Origin: a virus
Taxonomy: Duplodnaviria > Caudoviricetes
Length of the DNA: 53,873 nt
Virus record (IMG/VR): IMGVR_UViG_3300025131_008632
Coordinates: 1 to 53,873 of that record
Reading direction: 5' to 3' (one strand)
The notes under the pieces were generated by a model. That model was not told where the DNA came from. It did not search any database and saw only the letters and a program-made list of their open reading frames with translations. Numbering within the stretch: position 1 is the stretch's first letter; each line of letters begins with the position of its first letter. This document shows, in pieces, positions 47,264 to 53,873 of this stretch. Both the position numbers and the translations under genes were made by a program.

Positions 47264-48109
47264 TTAGTTTTCGCTTACAGCGCCTTTAATCTCTGACCAG
47301 TCGTAGTTTGTTCTTACTTCTAGATTTTTCTGCCAAGCAGACTCAAGAACGAGTGTTTTTACACCTAGTTCTTCTGCCATGTGCATCATTGCATTTAAGT
47401 CTTTTGGAAAGCATTTTCCACCAAAACCACAGTCTCCATCATGTCCTGGAACATCGATGTGTGAATTTCCAATTCTACCATCTGTAATAAATCCGTGCAA
47501 AGCATCATTCCAGTTTGCGCCTACAGCATCGCTGATCTGTCTCATCTCATTCATATAAGACACTTTAACTGCGAAAAAACAGTTTGCCATATACTTAATC
47601 AGCTGTGATGTTGCAAAGTCTGTTTTTATCACAGGGGTGAATGGAAATCTTTGTTTATACAAGTCTTCGACTTTATTGCAATTCTCTTTAGAGCCACCGA
47701 GAACTACTCGCGCTGTATTGATAAAATCTAATCTTGCTTTTCGCTCAGTTAAAAACTCTGGATTAAAGACAAAATTTAAGTTTTTATATTTTTCTGCATA
47801 TTTTTCTACTGTCCCTGGTACAACGGTCGATTTAATTACAATTACATTGTCTCTTTCATTAACTCTTGAAATATTTTCAATTACAGAGTCCATAATAGAA
47901 AGATCAATATCGCCGCCCTCGACTTGTCGCATAGGGGTGGGAACAGAAACAAAAACAATATCTGATGAGTTTAATGTTTCACTAAAAGTATGGGTTGATT
48001 TTTCAGGTAATACATCGTAAATAAAAATATCATTCACATGCAAAAGAAAGCCTGCTGATATTGCAGACCCTACAAACCCGTTTCCAATAATTCCTATGTT
48101 GTAGTTCAT
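47264..48109 (-). CDS. ugd: UDP-glucose/GDP-mannose 6-dehydrogenase family protein, short form lacking the C-terminal domain
   Basis: GIIGNGFVG Rossmann motif, VPTP, IKSTVVPGT, NPEFL, K...N, and GFGGKCFPKD with the catalytic Cys. Confidence 0.9.
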   Translation of the reverse strand: MNYNIGIIGNGFVGSAISAGFLLHVNDIFIYDVLPEKSTHTFSETLNSSDIVFVSVPTPMRQVEGGDIDLSIMDSVIENISRVNERDNVIVIKSTVVPGTVEKYAEKYKNLNFVFNPEFLTERKARLDFINTARVVLGGSKENCNKVEDLYKQRFPFTPVIKTDFATSQLIKYMANCFFAVKVSYMNEMRQISDAVGANWNDALHGFITDGRIGNSHIDVPGHDGDCGFGGKCFPKDLNAMMHMAEELGVKTLVLESAWQKNLEVRTNYDWSEIKGAVSEN

Positions 48110-48131
48110 TTAAGTACCTCTATTCACAATA

Positions 48132-48160
48132 ATCATAAACAGCAAGACACGTGTTTTAAA
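48132..48160 (-). promoter_or_regulatory. Possible sigma70-like promoter TTTAAA-N17-TATGAT upstream of ugd
   Basis: Intergenic, 17-nt spacer, followed by a GAGGT Shine-Dalgarno. Confidence 0.4.
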
Positions 48161-48171
48161 CCTTTAAAAGT

Positions 48172-48708
48172 TTACTGCTCATTGTTTTCTATCCATTCAG
48201 ACTTTAGTAATGAAAGGACATGACCGTCAAGGTACTTTCCATTCTTAAAAACATTTTGTCTTAAAGTACCCTCGTCAATAAACCCTATTTTTCTATAGAT
48301 ATCCAGCGCTTTATTGTTAGAATACACTTCACACCAAATCTTATTCAAGTTAAGTTCTTCAAACCCATATCTTACTAAAGTTCTTAGAGCATCGCTTCCG
48401 ATTCCTTTTCCTCTCATGCTCATGTCGCCCACGTATATCGCAAATTCAGCTTTTCTAGCTTGCCAGTCGATATAGTAAAGTCCAGTATGTCCAATAAGCT
48501 TTTGAGTTTCGGAATCATGTATTTCAAAGTCATATTGATTAGGGTTGTTATGCACTCTTTTTTGATACCACTCTTCTTGCATTATGCTAGTGATCTCTCT
48601 ATGGGTTCTAAAATACTTTCTAAGTTCTGGATTATTTCTCCATTTTCTTAACTGTTCTATTGATTCTGGTTGAACACCAGTTAAATAACATTTTTTACCT
48701 ATAATCAT
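48172..48708 (-). CDS. GNAT N-acetyltransferase, PseH-like (amino-sugar N-acyltransferase)
   Basis: WRNNPELRKYF...EEWY, RGKGIG, FEELNLNKIWCEV, YRKIGF.EG; lies in a NeuB cluster. Confidence 0.8.
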   Translation of the reverse strand: MIIGKKCYLTGVQPESIEQLRKWRNNPELRKYFRTHREITSIMQEEWYQKRVHNNPNQYDFEIHDSETQKLIGHTGLYYIDWQARKAEFAIYVGDMSMRGKGIGSDALRTLVRYGFEELNLNKIWCEVYSNNKALDIYRKIGFIDEGTLRQNVFKNGKYLDGHVLSLLKSEWIENNEQ

Positions 48709-49364
48709 TATAAAACCTCCCTTAAAAGCATGAACCTTTCAGCGCGCTCGACTCCAGACTCAGAACCTGCAACAAGTGCAAGCCTGTCACAATTATCATA
48801 AGATCTGGGATGTGGATGTTGCCTCATCTCACTGTTATAAACACTTAGAGCTTCAAATTTTTTTTCATTATAGTTTGAGATATTAAAGTATGTGTTGGGC
48901 ATAAACTGTTTGATTGGATTCCACTCTGAAGATGAAGGGACTTCATATGCTAAAATTTTAATTCCAGAAAATCTTTCCAGCCCTCTAAAAGCAGTCAGTG
49001 TTGCTTGACATACTATTCTATGATCTACGTTTAAACAATAAGGTGAGTGTGTAAAAACAATATCTGGTACAAAATTATTTTCATCTACAAACTTTTCTAT
49101 TTTTTTTGTTACTTCAAGGATGGGCACTTGATCCATTTTATTGTCTGGGAAATCGTGACTTACCCATTCTTTAATTCCTAATATTCCACATACCTGCCCT
49201 AAGGTATCTCGTCTATCATCTTTGTTATCGTCAAACCTTGCACTGCCACCGTCAGTAAACGTGATCAGCTTTATTTCATTTCCTTCTGCAGATAATCTAG
49301 CTATTGTCCCGCCGCAGCCCAGTGTTTCATCATCAGGATGGGCAGCTAAAACTAAAATTTTCAT
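48708..49364 (-). CDS. PIG-L/LmbE family N-acetyl-sugar deacetylase
   Basis: AHPDDE...GGTI zinc motif, NVDH, YEVPSSSEW and AERF. Confidence 0.92.
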   Translation of the reverse strand: MKILVLAAHPDDETLGCGGTIARLSAEGNEIKLITFTDGGSARFDDNKDDRRDTLGQVCGILGIKEWVSHDFPDNKMDQVPILEVTKKIEKFVDENNFVPDIVFTHSPYCLNVDHRIVCQATLTAFRGLERFSGIKILAYEVPSSSEWNPIKQFMPNTYFNISNYNEKKFEALSVYNSEMRQHPHPRSYDNCDRLALVAGSESGVERAERFMLLREVL

Positions 49365-50035
49365 GTTACTTTCTCAATCAGTGCATCGCATCTTATTTTT
49401 TTATTTTCAATGGAAGCTCTAGAAAACTTTATTAAAAAATTACCTAGTTTTACAGACGCATTTGGATAACCTTCAGCATCTAACATTCTAATGTGATCAT
49501 AAAACTCTATGACCTCATTAATACTATTTACTGGGATTGAAGATGTTTTTCTTCTTTTGTTATATTGTGCATCACTTGCTTCTTGTGCGATTGGTTTTAT
49601 ATTTTTTTCCGTACAGTTCCTAATGAGATTTTTTGCTTGATCTCCTATACTCAACCAAATGTCTGTTAAACTACCTTGAAGAGTGACAGACCTACTACAG
49701 TAAACAGGGCCTGCATCGACGTCGCCTGTCATTTTTATCGCATTCACTTTTGAGTTTTTTACACCCTTAAGTATCTGATTTTGTATTGGGCTGCCGCCTT
49801 TGTCATATGGTAAATTTGAAGTATGAAAAGTCACACATCTAAAATTTTTCCACACACTTTCACTAACGATGTGTGACCAATGAAAGAAAAAAATCCAATC
49901 AGGGTTGACATCGAGCGCAGGATTTAAGTCTTTCTTACTTGAAACCCGTAGCCAATTAACATTTTTTTGTCTTTTTAAATCTTTAAAGACTAAGTTAGAC
50001 CACATGTTATCTTTTGATACAAAAATACAATTCAT
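49361..50035 (-). CDS. Sugar N-formyltransferase (methionyl-tRNA formyltransferase-like); probable start ATG 50035
   Basis: FFFHWSHIV, FHTSNLPYDKGGSPIQNQI, DAGPVY and IRMLDAEGYP; ATGA overlap with the neuB stop. Confidence 0.88.
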   Translation of the reverse strand: MNCIFVSKDNMWSNLVFKDLKRQKNVNWLRVSSKKDLNPALDVNPDWIFFFHWSHIVSESVWKNFRCVTFHTSNLPYDKGGSPIQNQILKGVKNSKVNAIKMTGDVDAGPVYCSRSVTLQGSLTDIWLSIGDQAKNLIRNCTEKNIKPIAQEASDAQYNKRRKTSSIPVNSINEVIEFYDHIRMLDAEGYPNASVKLGNFLIKFSRASIENKKIRCDALIEKVT

Positions 50036-51048
50036 CTTCTTGTTCTCACAATATTGTCCCAAGTAATCAGATCATCTTCTTCGATTGTATTTCTAGCTAC
50101 ATAGCATGACTGAATATTATAAAACTCCTTGGCAGGTACACAGTTTTCTAGGAATGGGCGCTTTGTAGTTACATTATCAAATGTAATAAGTTCACCCTTC
50201 TTTATTTCACGCTTAGACACCACAGATCTTGTTGCTTTTATAAAACTATCTTCACTTGTTGTTGTCTTTGCTTTTTTAATACCCAGGCAATTTTCAGTAG
50301 TTCTAATGTTTTCAACCATTGCAGCAAGTTCGTCAGGTTCGATAGCAAAAGGATGGTCTGGGCCTGGCATAGTACGATCAAGAGTGTAGTGTTTTTCAAT
50401 GGTTGTCGCACCCAATCCAACTGCAATCGGAGGTGCTAAAATACCAAGCGTGTGATCTGATAGTCCTACACTTATCGGTAAACGTAGCTTTTTTATTTCT
50501 TGTATTTGACCCAAGTTTATATCTTCAAATGGCGTTGGGTATGCATTGTTACCATGTAGAAATGTAATGTCCGGATCAGAGTTTTCTTCTTTTACCCAGT
50601 TATAAATTTCTTCTATCATTCTAAGATCAACACCAATACCTGCAGTAATAATCAGTGGTAGTTTTGTTGATGCAGCGTATCTAACTATTCTAGGATCAGT
50701 AGCTTCAAAACCTGCAATTTTAAATCTTTTTACTCCAATCTCATAGAGTTCATCAATTGCTTCCTTGTCAAAAGGTGTTGACATAAACTCAATACCTAAG
50801 TCATCACAATATAATTTTAAATCTTTTTGCCACTCTCTTGGCAACTCTATATCTTTTATCAATTTATTGATATTTGTGTATCCAGCAAAGTCAGGTGTCG
50901 ACTTAGAGTAAAGTTTCTCAGAAGAGTAAGTTTGAAACTTAACAATATCACACTTTGCACGAACAGCAGCTTTAATAAGATTGACTGCAATATTCCAGTC
51001 TCTATTATGATTTGCACCTGCTTCTGCTATAACTGTAACATTTTTCAT
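50032..51048 (-). CDS. neuB: N-acetylneuraminate/legionaminate/pseudaminate synthase (NeuB/LegI/PseI family) with C-terminal SAF/AFP domain
   Basis: IAEAGANHN, VKFQ, STPFD, YPTP, GLSDHTLG, IEKHYTLDR...GPDH and KRP motifs. Confidence 0.95.
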   Translation of the reverse strand: MKNVTVIAEAGANHNRDWNIAVNLIKAAVRAKCDIVKFQTYSSEKLYSKSTPDFAGYTNINKLIKDIELPREWQKDLKLYCDDLGIEFMSTPFDKEAIDELYEIGVKRFKIAGFEATDPRIVRYAASTKLPLIITAGIGVDLRMIEEIYNWVKEENSDPDITFLHGNNAYPTPFEDINLGQIQEIKKLRLPISVGLSDHTLGILAPPIAVGLGATTIEKHYTLDRTMPGPDHPFAIEPDELAAMVENIRTTENCLGIKKAKTTTSEDSFIKATRSVVSKREIKKGELITFDNVTTKRPFLENCVPAKEFYNIQSCYVARNTIEEDDLITWDNIVRTRR

Positions 51049-51869
51049 TATTCTACAACTAGACTGTCAATATATTTTTTATAAAAAGTATCTAGATCAA
51101 TTAAGTTCATCAGATCTTCTATGTTATCTAAAAAGAAATCAAAATTATATTCTAGTTCTTTATCAAATAGTTTTTGTGAACCCTTTCTAATAATACCCAA
51201 AGAATCTTCTGACCCCCATGGCGGGACTAGTATTGACATATCTAAATCTTTTCTTGTTGCACGAAGATCTGCAAATGCACGCCAACAACATCCCGTTCTA
51301 TGGGGATCTTTTTCTAAGTCTCTTGTAAGAGGCACCATATCGTGTAGGATAATAGTGCCATTATCAGTCAAGTGATTTAGTGCACCATTAATATCTCTTA
51401 AAACTTGCCCGTGCTCATGCCAACCATCAATAAAAACAATGTCATAAAGTTTTTCTGTATCTTCAATACTTTCAAAAAAGTCGTCTGACGTTAGTTTATA
51501 GTGTGTTGAGCCGTTAGGTAGTTCAACATCTTCTGGTATGTTTGGGTCAGGGTCAACAGAGTCTTTCTTTTCACAGTTTACTTTATAATATGTTGATCTT
51601 TCTCCTGCAAATGGTTGTCCTCCAATTTCAAGGTAACTTTTGCATTTATGAAGATCTATAAACTTGTTTATTACCGCCTCTTTGTCTTCAAGCCACACTC
51701 TATTTTGATGGTATTCTTGCCACACTGCCATTGCATTATTTCTCTGTAATGCAAAAACGGGCTTCCAATCATCAACTCCTGTGTGAACATTTCTTGCACT
51801 TCTTAACAACTGCCCGAAACACGTTTTGTCATCTTTTTTGTTATCAATAACTTGGCTCGTATAGCTCAT
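51048..51869 (-). CDS. Class I SAM-dependent methyltransferase (Methyltransf_24-like), probably glycan-modifying
   Basis: SYLEIG, TSDDFF, and YDIVFIDGWHE...RDI..AL..L...GTIILHD. Confidence 0.85.
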   Translation of the reverse strand: MSYTSQVIDNKKDDKTCFGQLLRSARNVHTGVDDWKPVFALQRNNAMAVWQEYHQNRVWLEDKEAVINKFIDLHKCKSYLEIGGQPFAGERSTYYKVNCEKKDSVDPDPNIPEDVELPNGSTHYKLTSDDFFESIEDTEKLYDIVFIDGWHEHGQVLRDINGALNHLTDNGTIILHDMVPLTRDLEKDPHRTGCCWRAFADLRATRKDLDMSILVPPWGSEDSLGIIRKGSQKLFDKELEYNFDFFLDNIEDLMNLIDLDTFYKKYIDSLVVE

Positions 51870-51878
51870 AATAATTTC

Positions 51879-53129
51879 CTAAGTATTTTTTCTAAAAACA
51901 GACACTGATCTTTTTCCTTTTAGAACACTGTCAATTTTATTCATATTATCTTTCACTGTACTGAATGCTTCATCAGCTGCCTCTAATGTTCTGAGAATAT
52001 CGTATTCTGTGTGAGCAAAGTTTATATACAGTACGTTTGAAAATAAAATTCCTTGTCTTACCATTTCTTGATAAAATAAGTCTCTCATCCCAGCAGAATC
52101 TTTATAATCATTTGAGAATGTTAAGTTATGCCTTGGCCCAGAACCTGCAAATACTATGTCTAAATCATGCTTGCTTGCAAGTTCACTCATTCCTGCTTCA
52201 AATAAACTACCAAGGTGCCAAATGTGATTGTAATCTTTGTTTTGCAATTCTTTGATAGTTGCAATTGATGCTGCGAGAGAGAGGCACTCACCTCCAAATG
52301 TCATAGAGAAAAAAGCATGATCCAACTCTTTCATGTACTCAGCCTTACCTGCTATTGCTGATATAGGCATTCCATTGGCCATCGCCTTGCCGAAACACGC
52401 TAAATCTGGTGTTACGTTATAATACTTTTGAGCTCCGCCTAAATCCCACCTGAAACCTGTAACAACTTCATCAAAAATAAGCAAGGCTCCATAAGTACGA
52501 CACAAACGCTTGACGCCCTCTAAGAAGCCAGCAGCCGGTGGTGTTAATGCTTGCACCTCCATTATAACTGCTGCGCATTCATTTGCCTTCAAAACATTGT
52601 GTAAACTATCAAGATTATTGTATTCAAAGTCATGTACATAATCTTTTAGCACGCTAGGTACACCATAGGGTCGTAATGAAGCAGCATGCCAATCACCCCA
52701 GCCGTGATAACCACACTTAGCAATATGCTCACGACCAGTATAAGATCTAGCAATTCTAACTGCAGCAAGGTCAGCATCTGTACCATTTTTTCCAAATCTA
52801 ACTTGCTCAGCACAAGGGACAACGTCAACAATTAATTGTGCTAATTCTTGTTCTAGATAAGTGGGTAGAGAAAAAATTACACCTTTGTCTAACTGATCTT
52901 TAATTGCTTTGTTTGTTGACTCGTGATTGTAACCCAATATAACTGGACCAAGTCCGCACATAAAGTCAAGATAATCTTTGCCATCTTCGCATGTAATGTA
53001 TGCACCTGATGCTTTTAAGGCGAACTTGGGATACACACCATCGACAAACTGGTCTGGGCACTTACTCATTGTTTGCGTGCCTCTGGGCATAAGCCTAATA
53101 GCATTTTCCCAACTAAGATTCTCTGTCAT
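51879..53129 (-). CDS. Class III PLP aminotransferase (glutamate-1-semialdehyde aminomutase-like), probably sugar-related
   Basis: ILGYNH, KNGTDA, YHGWGDW, LIFDEVVTGFR, PDLACFGKAMANG (PLP Lys) and TFGGE. Confidence 0.9.
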   Translation of the reverse strand: MTENLSWENAIRLMPRGTQTMSKCPDQFVDGVYPKFALKASGAYITCEDGKDYLDFMCGLGPVILGYNHESTNKAIKDQLDKGVIFSLPTYLEQELAQLIVDVVPCAEQVRFGKNGTDADLAAVRIARSYTGREHIAKCGYHGWGDWHAASLRPYGVPSVLKDYVHDFEYNNLDSLHNVLKANECAAVIMEVQALTPPAAGFLEGVKRLCRTYGALLIFDEVVTGFRWDLGGAQKYYNVTPDLACFGKAMANGMPISAIAGKAEYMKELDHAFFSMTFGGECLSLAASIATIKELQNKDYNHIWHLGSLFEAGMSELASKHDLDIVFAGSGPRHNLTFSNDYKDSAGMRDLFYQEMVRQGILFSNVLYINFAHTEYDILRTLEAADEAFSTVKDNMNKIDSVLKGKRSVSVFRKNT

Positions 53130-53151
53130 ACTTTATCCATTTTAATTGATT

Positions 53152-53181
53152 ATTTTAACAAAAAAACGTAGTATTTATCAA
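53152..53181 (-). promoter_or_regulatory. Possible sigma70-like promoter TTGATA-N18, TGn-TAAAAT
   Basis: Intergenic, upstream of ATG 53129; extended -10. The AT-rich context lowers confidence. Confidence 0.45.
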
Positions 53182-53190
53182 AATTTATTT

Positions 53191-53871
53191 TTAGATAAGA
53201 ATCTTCAAAAGATTAGCAGCACTATCATAACTATTTGTAGGCCCGTTCTCAATAATGTGTTTCCATTGAGTAATATAAGAGTTTTCAATATCATTGGCTG
53301 TAATAACTTGTCTATGGATATGGCCACTACTATCTACGCATTCAAAATGCCTGATATAGTCTCTGCTACTATATGATAGACAAAAGTTTACTAATTTATT
53401 CTCATATTCCCACGTTATAAATGCAGAGTCACTTGCATCATTTGTAATATTGTCAAACAGCTTCTTTTCAAAATTTTTGTGACTTATAGGTAGCCCTAGT
53501 ATGGACATTACATAATCAGGCTCGTGGATAAAGTCTAGTATAACACCGCCGCCTTGATTTTTATTTGCACTGTATGAGTCTAAGTGATCTGTGTTTGGTC
53601 GCCACTTTGGCAAATACGACATTGAAACAATATTGATTATTCTGCTATTTTTTGACAGTTTTTTAATATTCTTGCAAGCTTCTGTAAATCTAATATTGCA
53701 TCCCACATGAACTTTTTTAAAATCAATCTTATCTCTGTAATTTTCAATTCTTTCAATTGATGTGTCAAGTGGCTTCTCAATGAATATTAAATCTTTGATG
53801 TTTTTAAATTTAGATGCAACTTCTAAGTGCGAAGCGCTAGGTGTGCAGACTACAAGTATATTAAAATGATC
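53191..53871 (-). CDS. Gfo/Idh/MocA family NAD-dependent oxidoreductase (5' part beyond the right edge)
   Basis: The frame is open to the window end: ...ILVVCTPSASHLE...IFIEKPL...VGCNIRF...GGGVILDFIHE. Confidence 0.88.
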   Translation of the reverse strand, partial: DHFNILVVCTPSASHLEVASKFKNIKDLIFIEKPLDTSIERIENYRDKIDFKKVHVGCNIRFTEACKNIKKLSKNSRIINIVSMSYLPKWRPNTDHLDSYSANKNQGGGVILDFIHEPDYVMSILGLPISHKNFEKKLFDNITNDASDSAFITWEYENKLVNFCLSYSSRDYIRHFECVDSSGHIHRQVITANDIENSYITQWKHIIENGPTNSYDSAANLLKILI

Positions 53872-53873
53872 TT

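Noticed and set aside
46282-47264. CRISPR-Cas locus around the Cas4-like gene
   Set aside because: No repeat-spacer array or other cas genes are visible, and the flanking gaps are only about 70 nt.
49361-50035. Translation gene fmt
   Set aside because: It is short, paired with a PIG-L deacetylase and neuB, and has the IRMLDAEGYP motif of the sugar-cluster formyltransferase type.
51879-53129. hemL (tetrapyrrole biosynthesis)
   Set aside because: The family resemblance is real, but the context is a sugar cluster with no other haem genes, so the symbol was withheld.
1-53873. Alternative genetic code (stop-codon reassignment), as seen in some large phages
   Set aside because: Genes up to 6.4 kb are intact under the standard code, and TAA, TAG and TGA all end genes that are followed closely by new starts.
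1-53873. tRNA, rRNA or other structured RNA genes
   Set aside because: All intergenic gaps are about 110 nt or shorter and show no cloverleaf or recognisable RNA motif.

Overview
The window is a 53.9-kb piece of a large contractile-tailed (myovirus-like, probably jumbo) dsDNA bacteriophage genome. All credible genes lie on the minus strand, are tightly packed and read in the standard genetic code. Read in transcription order (right to left), it has four blocks. (1) A nonulosonic-acid/nucleotide-sugar cluster: Gfo/Idh/MocA oxidoreductase, class III aminotransferase, SAM methyltransferase, NeuB/PseI-type synthase, formyltransferase, PIG-L deacetylase, PseH-like GNAT and UDP-glucose dehydrogenase. 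(2) A stand-alone Cas4/AddB-like nuclease, two GT4-like glycosyltransferases and a T4 gp55-like late sigma factor. (3) About 37 kb of baseplate, tail and virion genes (gp5-, gp25-, gp6- and gp7/P2-gpI-like proteins, LamG and FN3 proteins, a fibre, and a 2146-aa protein with a Hint domain). (4) A RuvC-like resolvase, a DnaG-like primase and a fused Mre11-Rad50. The best candidate for a new system is virion glycosylation. Six putative virion proteins carry many dispersed [ST]-[GA]-S tripeptides (manual count about 69 in about 5500 aa, against about 6 in about 4000 aa of four neighbouring Ser/Gly-rich proteins), and the same segment encodes glycosyltransferases and a sialic-acid-like sugar pathway. 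Other highlights are a Hint domain that cannot splice canonically (HN followed by Val), a recurrent ATANTTA late-promoter candidate, and a P2 gpH-like (DUF3751) domain apparently split across paralog pairs. All assignments come from reading motifs by eye; no searches were run.
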